The notes under the pieces were generated by a model. That model made no database searches and was not told the DNA's origin. It worked only from the letters and a program-made list of their open reading frames with translations. The position numbers were made by a program, and so were the translations under genes. Source: Camelus ferus (lineage: Eukaryota). From it: a stretch of 64,000 bases of DNA. Where the stretch lies: contig NC_045696.1 of assembly GCF_009834535.1 (NCBI RefSeq), positions 63,180,001-63,244,000 of the forward strand. The letters are read 5' to 3'. This document shows, one piece after another, positions 11,245-23,854 of the stretch. How positions within the stretch are numbered: the first letter of the stretch is position 1; each line of letters begins with the position of its first letter.

Positions 11245-13388
11245 CAGTTTACGCTTGAACAATGCAGAGGTCAGGGACATCAACCTCTTCGCAGTTGAAA
11301 ACCCATGTAAAATTTTATGTTTGTATCCAGATGTAACTACTGGGGTCTCCTGTGGACTGGAAGCCTTGCCCATAACATGAACACTTGATTAACATTTATT
11401 TTGTATGTTATTTGTATTATGTACTGTATCCTCACATTAAAGTAAGTTAGAGAAAAGAGAAGATTATTAAGAAAATCATAGGAAGAGAAAATACATTTAC
11501 GGCACTATTCTCTATCAGTACTGTAAGTTTAGGACATCACTTTATAACATGAATCATTTGTGTATCAGTACCTGCACCAATATTGTCTTATATGATGCAA
11601 AGCACTGTAGATGTTGTATGTATTACCAACACAAGACATTAAAAATGAAAAGATAATATGGAAAAGAAATTCATAGTTACTTAAAGGTATAACAATTTAT
11701 GCAGTGATAATCAGGAAGCAGCAATATGATTGCTTTGTGGTAGCCTAGTATGGTTGACAGTTGCTTCATGGTAGCCTAGCCTAGACACTAATGAATGAAT
11801 CGTTATACAATTTTTATGGCATGCAGTATTACAGTCATACTCATAGTACAGGAGTAGAAACATTGTTACATTTTCTAATAAGCCACTTACATGTGATAGT
11901 AGGCTGATGCACAGTTACTCCAAGTATGAGAAAGAGAGAGAGGGAGGCATACTGTATAGTAATGTAACTTTTGAAAGCAGATCTATAAGATAGTAAGAAA
12001 ATGAACACATTATTAACTTTATATTAAGTATCACTCACCTTCTGCCTATGTAAGGATTGGCTATCCACTTCAATACAAGTCTTGCACATGATGTTCTACA
12101 TAATGAATCCTTAGGTAGTGATGTTGATGGTGACCCAAACACTTCTCATAGCTTTTGCCATGCACTTATTAGGTTTTCATATGAAGACACAACAGATGTT
12201 TATTAACTGTACAGCATAATAGTTATTTGCTAGTCATTAGGTAGAAGTGGCTTTTCATAAAGGTCTTCATCCTCGTCGTCCTCAGGTTGAGTAGGCTGAG
12301 GAGGAAGTGGAGAAGGGGTTGGGGTTGGTCTAGCTGCCTCAGGGGTAGCCGAGGCAGAAAAGATGGAGGAGGTGGAAGGGGAGACAGGAGAGGCAGGTAC
12401 ATTCAATGTAATTCTACAGAAATATATTGCAATTTCTGACTTTTTTCTTTTTCATTTCTCTAAAAATGTTTCTAGGTAATCTCAATCCTTTTTCTACCAT
12501 TTGCTTTTGTTTCAATGCCCAAATAACTGAATGGTATAGCCATAAAAGAAGTTGAAAATAGTCTTGAATAATCAGAACCCTTCTGCCGAATTGTCTAATG
12601 TCAGTTTGTTTCCTAGCACTGCTTCTTCTGTGTCTTCTTCCTCATCGTCTGGCACTGATTCGAAAGCAGTCATCCCCATCAAGTCATCTTTTGTTAATTC
12701 CTCTGGTGTGCTGTCTGTTAGCTCTTGAATGCCTCCAAGATCCATATCTTGAAACCCTTCAACCCCTACCTTTTATTCCACATTCACAATCTCTTTCCTG
12801 GTTTCTGTGATAGGCTCTGTCATAAATCCTGTGAAGTCATGCACAACATCTGGGCAGTTCTCTCCAGTAGGAATTTATTGTTTTGAGCTTGGTGGTTAAT
12901 AATGGCATCTTCAGTGGTGTAATCATTCCAGACTTTCATGATGTTCTCTCTGCTCGGGTTCCCTTCTGGAGTGTTGACAATCTTTCCATAGGGTACCATG
13001 TGGAATGAGCCTTATGGGTCCTTATGACCCCTGATCTAGAGGCTGAATTAGAGACGTTGTGTGTGGGGACAAATAAACCACTTTGATGGCTTCAGTATTG
13101 AACTCATGAAGTTCTTGGAGACCAGGGGCATTGTCTAACATCAAAAGAACTTTAAAAGACAGTTCCTTACTAGTAATGTACTTCTTGACTTCAGGGACAA
13201 AGCATCAGTGGAACCAATCCAGAGAAAGTGTTCTTGTTGTCTGAGACTTCTTGTTATACAACCAAAAGACTGGCAGTTGGTGTTTATCTTTTCCCTTCAA
13301 AGCTCAGGGGTTAGCAGCTTTATAGATAAGGGCAGTCCAGATCATGAACTCCACTGCATTTGCACCAAACAGTAGAGTTAGCCTATCC
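11245..13388 (-). mobile_element. Tigger2-family (TcMar/pogo) DNA transposon, truncated, with decayed DDE transposase
   Basis: TA then terminal repeat CAGTTTACGCTTGAACAA. The minus strand at ~13390-13030 reads DRLTLLFGANA..IYKAANP*ALKGK..LPVFW..NKK..DWFH*CFVPEVKKY..KVLLMLDNAPG..HTTSLIQPLDQG, with stops. Confidence 0.9.
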
Positions 13389-13415
13389 TTTTGTTTTTTT
13401 TTCAAATTTCAGACC

Positions 13416-13447
<32 letters not shown>

Positions 13448-13572
13448 TTGTTTGTTTTTGGGGGGGAGGTAATTAAGTTTGTTTGTTTGTTTATAAGTGG
13501 AGGTATTGGGGATTGAACGCAGGACCTCATGCACGCTAGGCACCCGCTCTACCACTGAGCAATACCCTCCCC
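13388..13572 (-). mobile_element. Vic-1-like SINE with long poly-T tail
   Basis: Long T run, GGGGGGAGGTAATTAAG body, ...CTCTACCACTGAGCAATACCCTCCCC head. Confidence 0.9.
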
Positions 13573-13929
13573 TGCTGTTTCCAGTCTTTGGCTGTGCATT
13601 GAAGGATGAATAGGAGTTAACCAGGTAAAGAAAGGTTGTGGATTAAATGGAATGAAAAATGTGTACAAAGGTACCAAGGCAGAAGAAAGAAAAGTCAATT
13701 CAGGGGTCATGTGAGTAATATCAGATGGCTCCACCCAAAGAGCACAGGAAAAGAGAAGCTGGAGCGAGTTCAGGAGTGGATGGTGTGGATGTTTGTTTCC
13801 CATTTTGTCTTGTTAAGACACACACACACACACATTGCATTTGGCTTCCCCCACTTTACTAACCTTTGGTTTCTAGTGGAGTCTAGAAGGGGGAATGTTT
13901 CTCATTAAGAAGCAATGCCTAGACGTTGC

Positions 13930-14120
13930 CTAGGGGCCCCCTAGTCAACTCATCAGCAAAAACTCAGGAAAGGTTGAGAGGGATTTATTATGAATAACAA
14001 AAGACTTTCCTCTCACCCCCATCACTCAAGAAATTATAAGGGTTTTAGAAGCTCTTGTATCAGGGAACTGGAGATGAAGACCAAATATCAATGTATTTCT
14101 TATTATATCACTATATCACA
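13930..14120 (-). mobile_element. MER21-type LTR 5' fragment
   Basis: Reverse complement begins TGTGATATAGTGATATAATAAGAAATAC. Confidence 0.7.
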
Positions 14121-14178
14121 CCTTCCTGTTATTTGCTAAACATAAGTGGGTGCCATTTTTTAAAAGTGAAGAGTTCCT

Positions 14179-14276
14179 GGGGGTGGGGAGGGAAGGTGGT
14201 TATAGCTCAGTGGTAGAGCTCATGCTTAGCATGCATCCTGGCTTTAATCCCCAGTATGTCCATTAATAAATAAATA
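14179..14276 (+). mobile_element. Vic-1-like SINE (internally deleted)
   Basis: TATAGCTCAGTGGTAGAGCTCATGCTTAGCATGCA...(TAAA)n. Confidence 0.83.
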
Positions 14277-15522
14277 ACAGAAAGGCTTTGTATGTATACA
14301 CCATAAAATGCTGTATAAATTGAAGGGCTTCGCTCCATTTGTGTATACAATAGACCTAGAGCTTAAAGTGGAGGAGAAACGCTGGCCCTCCTCATTCCAC
14401 CTGTCCCCCCCATACAATTGGCCTCTGCTGGACATGTTTTCAAGGCAGTAAGCAGTTTCTGAGGGCCTGCAATGTGCCAGAGGCTGTACTGGGCACCTAG
14501 GAGGGAAATGGAAGATTGTGAAGACTCTTGCCTTGTAGGGAAGTTTATAGCCCGGGGGAAAGGAACAGATGTATAAAAAAAAAAATCACACTAATAAAAG
14601 GAATCAATGATGCAGTTGAAACAGACATGTAGTAAAGCTATGGAGAAAGGGGGTGGTGCTAATTTTGCCTGGAGCGAAATTGAAAGGAGCCCTGCAGAAT
14701 GGGAAGGATGTCCAGGCAAAGTTTGTTTCTTTCTCCCTTTTCGTCAAAGGAAGAGAGAATTCCAGGGTTCCTCTACTCTGGACTTACCACCTGGGCTCTG
14801 TACCAGCTACTCCAAAAAGAGAAAAGGCCATGTCATTCATTCATCCCTTTCCCCGGTACCGGATGAAGTAGCTAATGTGTGCCAGGAGCGCTGCCCGCTG
14901 GGCCTTTTCTGGCTGTTCTCTCTAATTCTGGTAACAACAGAATTGTGGTTGAGTTGAGCATTAGCCCCATTTGCCTAAGGAAACTGGGTTTGGAGCTAGG
15001 ACTTGTCATGGTCACATAGCTAGACAGTGGCTGAGCCAGACTGGTGCTGACTATAACTTTAAAATCTACTGTCTCCCCTCTACTCCACACAGCTGCCTTG
15101 GGCCTGTGTCATAAGGCCGTGCGATGTTGTGTGGTGCACTCAAGCATACACACATAGCAGACGTTTGATACTTGTGTAGTGAATAAATGGAAAAATGAAG
15201 AAAATAATAAAAGACTAAACTTCCCAGTATGGGTGGCTCCTAGGAAGCCTGCCCCTGCATCCTGCAGAATGAATTCATCTTCCTTGCTATTGCCATACCA
15301 ACAGCCAGACCCCGGGGTGCAGAGGGACTCCCCTCAGGCACTGTCTGGTGAAGTGTAGATGTGCCCAGTCAGAAGCCATGCTTGTACCTGAAGAGTCACG
15401 GCACCACCTCTCGTCCTTTCTGCTAGACTTTGTCACCATCTGCTCTGGGTTGTCACCACATGTGGAAAGATCTTGCTTTGCCTACAAGGCTATAAGCTTC
15501 CTGAAGATAGGAGTCCCATCAC

Positions 15523-16234
15523 TGTTACCAAACTGAACTTGGGTCAGCTTGCCAAATGCACAGCAAAGCCAGTCTGCTGACACCAGTGGGTGGTGATGAA
15601 AGAAAGTACAGCTTTTATTGCAAGGTGCCAAGCAAGGAGAGTGGGGAGCTCATGCTCAAAAGATCCAGACTCCCTGATGGCTTTCAGGGAAGGGTCTTTA
15701 AAGGTAACACCATTACGGGTGAGGGTCACAGAGTGCATGAGCAGCTAGTGGACATTCTTCTGATTGGTTGGTGGTAAGGTAACAGGGTGGTATTTGGGGA
15801 TCTTAATCATCAACCTTCTGGTTTCCACCAGTCTGGGGTCTACATGCTTGTGGAAATATGTGGTCACCATTCTCCACCAGCTTGGCGAGTTGGGGGAGCG
15901 TGTCTTAGTTTCTGAAGAACCACCTAAAGACATGCGTCAGATTGTTATCTATGTCCCTTCAGGAGGAATTGGGAGTCCTGTGACTCTGTTTTTCTAATCA
16001 TTAACTGTTTGAGTCTCTTTTTTGGAAACATGGGGAAGGCCAAACAAAAGAAGCAAGGGAGATGGAGAGGCTTTTGTACCCCAGGGGCCCTGCTGGGTTT
16101 CAGTACCCCCTTTTCTTTGATATTCCTCAATCCTGATGGGAACAGGAGTGGGACAAGAAAGGGGATACAGTTCGGAGAGAGAGGTTAATCATAAACTTAG
16201 TAGGGGAACTCGGTTTTAGGGGGACTTGGTTTCC
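15523..16234 (-). mobile_element. ERV1-class solo LTR (~712 bp)
   Basis: Starts TGTTACC and ends GGTTTCC (CA mutated); 4-bp TSD TCAC at 15519-15522 and 16235-16238; minus-strand AATAAA (~15613) and CCAAT (~15763). Confidence 0.8.
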
Positions 16235-16384
16235 TCACCACCCTGCTCCCCACAGTCCCTGGGACAGACACCCAACAGCTGGGGGAACTACAGCAGCTCT
16301 AAAATAGGGACCACCATCCACCACATTCGTAAAGATTTACTGAAGCAGAGTTGTGACTTGAAGCCCTTTAAAGTATAATGTCAA

Positions 16385-16707
16385 AAATGATACAAATTCT
16401 ATTTACAAACCAAAAACAGGCTCATGGATATAGAAGACAAACTATGCTTACCAAAGGAGAAAGGGTGGGATAAATTAGGGGTTGGGAAATAACAGACATA
16501 TGTTTACTATATATAAAATAGATAAACAACAATGACCTACTGTATAGCACAGGGAACTATATTCAATTTCTTGTAATAACATATAATGGAAAAGAATCTG
16601 AAAAGAAAACACGTATTATGTATGTATATGTGTAACTGAATCACTTTGCTGTACACCTGAAACTAACATTGTAAATCAACTACACTTCAGAAAAATTTGA
16701 AAAAAAC
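16385..16707 (+). mobile_element. 5'-truncated L1 3' end (artiodactyl type) with TSD
   Basis: CTACTGTATAGCACAGGGAACTATATTCAA...ACTGAATCACTTTGCTGTACACCTGAAACTAAC plus A tail; TSD TATAATGTCAA at 16374-16384 and 16708-16718. Confidence 0.9.
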
Positions 16708-17430
16708 TATAATGTCAAGTACAACTATTGTTATTATTAGAGTATGCACTTGATAAATGTTTAACAAATGATTAACCAAAGATGTGAAAAAAAGTGTGAT
16801 GGGAATAAGTGTTCCAGGAATTCAGATTAATGTAGGGGGAAGGGTCAGTGAAGAAGGGAGACTGGAGGGTGGGAGGATTTGTCTGCATAGGAGTATGGGA
16901 ATGGGAGTGGCAGTGGGGTAAAATTTCCAGAAAGGAAAAAAATTGCACCAGCATTCAGTTCAGCAACAAGCACTATTTGTTGGCAGCAACAGCCTGGTTG
17001 CTGGAGTCCTCTAAAGGATCCTATAAGGAAGCTGGGTTTTGGTAGCTCAATGACAGCTCATGCCGATTAAGAGTCACTTTGCGCTGGGCCCTTAGCTAAG
17101 TATTTTATGTGGGTGACTTCCTTTAGTCCTCACAACAGCCCCACGAGGTGGTTACTGTTATGATCTTGCTCAACTAAGAGGTCAGGAAATTGAGGCACAG
17201 AAGTTCATTAACTTACCAGAAGTCTAGTGAAAGCCCAACCACGCAGTTATTTAAATGCCCAACTAGGACTTTGAACTTCCACAGTGGCAGAGGGGAGCTG
17301 CTCAAGGTTCATGGACAGAGAAGTAACATAGTAATATGGGTGCTTCAGGAAAAAAGCACTACAGTTTGGTAATTTGGACTTTGGCAACAATCTACCTGTT
17401 TTTTTTTTTTTAAATACACTGCTACATCAT

Positions 17431-17578
17431 TCTTTTTATTTTTTTTAGGGAGAGGGAGGTAATTAGGTTTACTTATTTATTTAATTAATTTTTAATGGAG
17501 GTACTGGGGATTGAACCCAGGACCTTGTGCATGCTAAGCTCACCCTCTACCACCAAACCACTGAACTATGCCCTCCCC
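17431..17578 (-). mobile_element. Vic-1-like SINE
   Basis: GGAGGTAATTAGG body plus GGGGATTGAACCCAGGACCTTGTGCATGCTAAG. Confidence 0.88.
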
Positions 17579-18354
17579 TGCTGATCTGGTTTTTTTAAAT
17601 CCCAGTTCTGCCGCTTGCTAGCTGTGCAATCTTAGACATATTATTTAACTGCTCTGTGTCTCTGTTTTCTCATTTCTAAAATTAGGGTAGTAAAAAATCC
17701 AAGGGTTTTATGAGGAGTAAGTGAGGTAACAAATGTAGAGCACTTAGAAACAGTGGTGGCACACATGTGTATGACAACCGTTAGTTATGATTAATATGTT
17801 AGTTATCTGCTGGATGGACTGGAGAGAGGTCAGAGGCAGGGAGGCCAGCAGGAGGCAAGGCTGAAGCAGCACTGCCCAGGGTGATGGCAACTGGAATAAA
17901 GAGTAATATATTTTAAAGTAAGATTCAGTAAGATTCATTAGCTGGAAATGTGGGATAAAGAAGTTAATAATGACCCTCAGATTCCCAGTCTCATTAACTG
18001 GGAGTAAAAGAGCTTCTGATAGCAATAGGAACTCGGAGAGGAGCTAGTTTTGGGGGGCCAAGACCATACTTTGGGAAGCCATGTCAAGAGGACCCTGGGT
18101 TCTATTGCTAGCTCTGCCACCAGCCCCCATATCACCTTGGCAAAAGTCTCCTTCCTTCTCTGGGCCTCAGTTTTCCCATCAGTAAAATGAACCTTTTACA
18201 CTTGACATCTGAAAATTCTCTCTCGACTCCAATTCTACCTGAGAGGGCCCTGAAAAGAGAATGATGCTGATGATCTGGCTCAGGCTTTTTGAGGTTCAAG
18301 TGTAGGTGACTGGAGGAAGGCAATAATAGAAAAGGACTCCCCCTTTTACTTTCT

Positions 18355-18814
18355 AAAAAATTGGATTATAATTGACATACAACACTATGTTAGTTTCAGG
18401 TGTACAATGTGGTGATTTGGTATTTTTATACATTACAAAATGATCACCATGATAAGTCTATTTATCATCTGTCACCATGTCACCATACAAAGTTATGACA
18501 ATATTATTGACTATATTTCCTGTGCTGTACATTTCATCCCTGTGACTCCTTTATTTGGTAACTGGAAGTTTGTACCTCTTAATCCCTGTCACCTCCTTTA
18601 CTCAATCCACCACCCCTCTCTCCTCTGGCAACCACTTATTTGTTCTCTATATCTATGAGTCTGTTTCTGTTCTGTTTTATTTATTAAATCCCACATATAA
18701 GTGAAATCTTATGGTATTTGTCTTTCTCTGATTTATTTCACTGAGCATTATATCCTGTATATCCATCCATGTTGTTGTAGGGGCAACATTTCCTTCCTTT
18801 TATGGCTGAGTAAA

Positions 18815-18853
<39 letters not shown>

Positions 18854-19190
18854 ATATCTTCTTTATCCATTCATCTATCAACAGGCACTTAGGTCTCTTC
18901 CATATCTTGGCAATTGAAAATTATGCTGCAATGAGTATAGGGGTGCATATATCTTTTCAAATTAGTGTTTTTGTTTTTTTGGAGAAATACCCGGAATTGG
19001 AATTACTGGATCATACGGAGTTCTGCTTTTAATTTTTTGAGGAGCCTCCATACTGTTCTCCATAATGGCTACACCAATTTACAATCTCACCAACAGTGTA
19101 TGAGGGTTCCCTTTTCTCCACATTCTTATCAACACTTATTATTTGTTGTCTTTCTGATAATAGCCATCCATTCTAACAGGTGTGAGGTGG
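18355..19190 (-). mobile_element. L1 3' end (L1MA-like)
   Basis: TATAATTGACATACAACACTATGTTAGTTTCAGGTGTACA..CATCCATGTTG..CACCAACAGTGTATGAGGGTTCCCTTTTCTCCACA..CTAACAGGTGTGAGGTG. Confidence 0.9.
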
Positions 19191-20278
19191 TCCCCCTTTC
19201 TTTATGCCCCCTTAAATGTTGCACCTCAGACCCTGCAATAGCATCCTCAGCCAGGCTCTCCAAAACAGCCTGTCCCAAAGATCTTTGCACCTTTCAGGAG
19301 ATTCTGGGAAGCAGTGTCAGAGAAAGTCAAGTTCAATGTTTATTTGATTTAGATGCACTCTCTACCACTAGATTGGTTCCTGTCTCAAGCTTTGTTGTGC
19401 TACCAGATTAGAGAATAAAGGGAAGGTTGTTTTTAAAAGTTCATTGTCCTTAGCACCAGCATCAGGGACACAGCGACAGGGAAACTGGAACCCTCGGTGG
19501 TGGCAGCAGCCCAGGAGAGCTCATGTTTACCCAGAGGGCACCCCGACAGGGTGGAGCATCACCTGGCCAGACTCAGGCTGGAGCTGGCCCTAGGCAGGTG
19601 CGTGCGGCACACCTTCTGTTCAGACGGGCTGTGGGAGACCAGGCAGGCGCTTCTCTGAGAAGAGCTGCATCTTGAAATAGAGTTTCATATAAAGTAAAAT
19701 AGAATGACAAAACCAAGGCTGAATAATGAACGTGCTGAATGCAGGCCAATCAACTTACATAGAAACAAACACCTGCAAAAACATTTTTTTCAAATAAAGC
19801 ACTATTTCCACAACATAGCAGAAGAGTGCTGCACCGAGGAGGCGCCGCCTCCTCCTTTTTTTAAGCTGACAACCGTGCTTAGTCCACTTTCTTCAGGTCG
19901 GACAATAGTTGGAAATTAAATTTAGGAATTAAATTAATTCTAACATAGTGATTGATAGTCATTTAAAAACCTCTAATTGGCTCTCAGACTTAATGATTAG
20001 AGGCAACTTTGACATTAAGTAGGCTCTTTTAAGTTTACACAGAATCATCACTGTATGTCACTCTTGTCAGCAAATATTTATCAGGCATTTTTGTATTAAA
20101 TAAGATCCAATTTGTTAAAAGTATTTCAAACACTTTAAAGCACTCTGCAAAGATGTTAGTGTGCTTGATGTAATCAGAGACTCCAAAAATATCATGCCCC
20201 ACATTTTACAGATGGGGAAACCGAGGCCTTGAGAAGCAAAGACTTACCAACGATCTTTCCCTGTTTTTATATTCAATG

Positions 20279-20423
20279 TTTTTTTTTAATTTGTATTTAT
20301 TTATTTAAATTTTAGGGGGGTGTAATTAGGTTTGTTTGTTTGTTTATTAATGGAGGCACTGGGTATTGAACCTGGGCCCTTGTGCATGCTGAACAGGCAC
20401 TCTACCACTGAACTATGCCCCCC
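20279..20423 (-). mobile_element. Vic-1-like SINE
   Basis: GTAATTAGGTTTG body plus ...CACTCTACCACTGAACTATGCCCC. Confidence 0.87.
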
Positions 20424-21167
20424 TACATCTTTCCTTATTTTAAATGGTAGTGCCAGGCTGTGATGATTCAAGGAGATGAAACACAAGCAATTGACAATCT
20501 AGCTCAAGAGAGAGGTCACTGAGGAAGGAAATCCATGGTGTTTAATTCGTTTGTGCTCCATTCAAACAGCATACCTGATGCTTCTGAGGGTGAACTGGAA
20601 ACCTAGGAGCCCCAGTCTTCCATGCAAGTTTGGAGAGACAGTAGTGGCACCAAGAGCAAAGAGAGGCAGAGAAGTAAACACATGGCTCCCTGGAGAGATG
20701 GCGGGCTCCTGAAAACGGATGGTGTGTTTCCTGAAACAAGTGGCCAGTCTCTAGAGAGAGGCCTGGGAGGTCTCTAGGGAGACCAGCACCCACAGGAGAC
20801 TTCAATGACTGGCTAAGTATCAATACAGAAAACATGGGGAAAGAGTGGGGCTTGGTGTGGGGAGAACCCATCCTCTGCCCAAATCATCCCACTGAAGTCA
20901 ATCTCAGTGAAATAATCAGAAATATGGATAAAGCTTTATATGCTCCAGAATTCTTTGTAATTGCCTCTGTTCTCCTCATTTCTCTCTTCCCTCCTTTCAG
21001 CAGTCATACTGAAATACTTGTAGTTCCTCTAAACATGCTGCATCCTCTTTCATTTCCCTAGGCCTTTATATATATTTCTATCGCCTTTCACTTTTCATTC
21101 TTTACCATCCTTCTAGAGTGAGCTAAGTGTCACTTCCTTCCAGAAACATTTTCTGTCACTAAATCTT

Positions 21168-21525
21168 TCGGTTAAATTGCGTCTCCTCAAAATTCACGTG
21201 TTAAGGCCCTGACCTCACCCAAAGCCTCAGACTGTGACTGTGTTTGGAGATAGGGCCTTTAAAGAGATGATTCAGTTAAAACGAGGCCCTTAGGGTATGA
21301 TCACCCCATCTGACTGGTGTCCTTCTAAGAAGAGGAAACTAGGATGCACAGACACCGGAGGTGCACACACACAGAGGAAAGGCCGCATGACGGCCAACTG
21401 CAAGACAAGGAGAGAGAACTCAGAAGAAACCAAACCTGCTGACACCTTCATCTTGGAGTTTTAGCCTCCAGAACTATGAGAAAATACATGTCTGTTGTTT
21501 GTTACCCAGTCTGTGGTACTTCTTG
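21168..21525 (+). mobile_element. MLT1A/B-like MaLR LTR
   Basis: GTGACTGTGTTTGGAGATAGGGCCTTTAAAGAG..GACTGGTGTCCTTCTAAGAAGAGG..CCTGCTGACACCTTCATCTTGG..CCTCCAGAACT. Confidence 0.85.
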
Positions 21526-23854
21526 GTCCAAACGTTCCTCTTTGGGCTATGGTAACCCCTTGTGCCTCCTTTTGTCACCTTGTTTTAATTGTGGATGTCT
21601 GCTTCCCAGTTACTTTTCTTCCACCTTTTGAGTTCCTGGAAGTCTAGACTTACTAGACTGTTATATCCTCAAACCCAGCCCAGTGTCTGACTCCTGAAAG
21701 GAGTTTATTAAACTCTTGTTCAATAAATACAGAATGAATTAATTAGTATGAACAAAACCAGTAGGCAATGTAAATGATAAGCAGTGAGGAACAGGGTTAG
21801 CAAATTCTAGCTAATTCATATGACTAAAACAATGCTTACAACAAATTTTTAATAATATGGGAGAAGTGCTTATGTTCTTACCTTGAGTAAAAAAAGGTAG
21901 GATAACAGATTCTACCTTCAGGATAAGCACAACCCTATTAAAATGAATCAAAAGTAACTCACAGGAAATATGCAAACTGTTCATAGGCTTTATGGATTTG
22001 TTTGTTCTAGTTCTTGCTTCTTATTTTGGAAATTTGTACCCATGGTGTTTCCTACTGAAAGTCAATCTGTACTTACTTCCTTTGTTATGGCTCTCTTTCT
22101 GTATTTCAATTTTCTGGTTTCTTATTTCTGTTTTCCTAGACTAGACTATGAGCTCCTTGGAACAGGAGCAGTGTTTTTATACTATTGTCTCCCTGGTGCT
22201 TGGCACATTCTAAGTTACTAAACATTTAGTCATTCACTAAATAATTCTTCAATGAATCATGGCAACAACAACCATAAAAAAAGAAAGTTTTTTTTTTAAA
22301 GGAAGCTTTCATTAAACTTTTTTCCTTATGTCTGGCAATCCAGAAATATGTGAGCAGAGGTGATGATGTGTCGTGATGAATGGAGGCCAGAGATGATTCA
22401 AATAACTCTGCATCGAAAAAAAAGGATGAGATTTGACCACAGAAAAGAGCAGGATTTTGTACTCTGGGAAAACTCTCTGAAAGTGCAAAATGCCAGGGAT
22501 AGAGAAAGAAAACCTGACCATATTTTGCCCGTCTTTTTTTTGTCAAAATCCCTTTACCAGTCAGTTAATTTGTTCATCTAAAACTTGAGGTCATGGTGAG
22601 ATAATACATGCATGTTTACAATGAAAATTACTAGCAAAACACAGAGCGTTTAGTTGCCACACTAACATTTTTTGCTCTCTGAAGCTTAGCCTCAATTTCT
22701 GGTGAAATTACTAAATTTTTGGTGAAATTACTCATTACTAAATGAGCTTAGTATGAATACCCAAATTCACACTTGTAGATGAGAGTGAACCTGTCTCCAT
22801 AAATACTAGGTTAAAGTCTCCTTCCGAAGTTTAAAAATGGGAGATTGGAACTTCTCAAGCCACAGGTATGGAAACAAGGTCAAGATCAAATCCTGGAAGG
22901 ACCATGGGCAAATCCTCACACTAAGTAAGAAAATTTATTAGAGTGTTTGAAGGTCACAGGTGATACGGAAAAAATAAACAGTGGGACCACGTATTGTTGA
23001 GATTGCTGGTGGAGGGAGTTGCAGTATTAAACAGATGGCCTCATAGAGAGACCAGAGCAGAAGCGAGAAAGTGAGGCAGTTTGCCAAGCAAATGTTTGGA
23101 GGAAGCGCACTGCAGGAAGGATGAGCAGAGCAAAGGCCCTAAGGTCGTGTGTGCCGGCTGTACCAGAAGAAGCCCAAAGGGACCATGTGGCAGGTGAGCT
23201 GTGAACCTGGATAGGATGGTAGGAGGGGACAGCACAGGAGTAAGCGGGCAGGGAAGCAGATCAGGTAGGCTTTGTAGCCTGCAGAAGGACAGGTTTTGCC
23301 TTTTCTAGTCTACACAGAACTAGAAGAGGTCAACTGACTGAACAGACAAGTTGGTTCTTTGAATAAGCAGAATGGAATCCTGGGAGTCAGATTTGGACTT
23401 TGCTCCTCTACCATTAAGTTAATTTACTCCCCTTGGACAAGGCCTAGTTCAGAGCTTCCATCTCCAGGGTTGAATTAAATCATTCCTAAGGCTCCTTTCT
23501 TTCAGTTCTAAGGTCCTGTGACCTTTAGGCAACCGTCTCCAACATGTGGCTTGAGCCACTGGGGCAATGTCTTGTAGTTCAAAAATCTCATATCTGCAGC
23601 CATCAGACCTAAAGTCTTCAGACAAGCCTCTAGGCCTCAGCCCTTCTGAAGTCAGGGGACCTCCTTGAAAAAACTGGATAAGAACTACATAGAAAGGTAG
23701 AGCTACGTTTGCACACAGGTTGGTGCTCCCAGCTGTAAGGAGTTCATGGGGCCCGAGAAGCATAACCACAGGACCCCTCACCCACCCACCCAAAGTGATC
23801 TCTGGGCTACTCTAAGAATCAGTGTATTAAGGAGGCTTGTTAATTTCCCCTCAA

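Noticed and set aside
12600..13388. Active or domesticated (TIGD-like) transposase gene
   Set aside because: In-frame stops, a frameshift after QPLDQG, and a missing N-terminal half.
18965..19411. 148-aa ORF and other 60-135-aa ORFs outside the exons
   Set aside because: They are antisense L1, LTR or L2 sequence or chance ORFs with no recognisable protein similarity, many with non-ATG starts.
22695..22745. Short tandem duplications (also ~34126-34160, ~45246-45275, ~53143-53166, ~56101-56132) as a repeat array or CRISPR-like structure
   Set aside because: Two-copy micro-duplications of 12-20 bp without spacers; ordinary slippage events in mammalian DNA.
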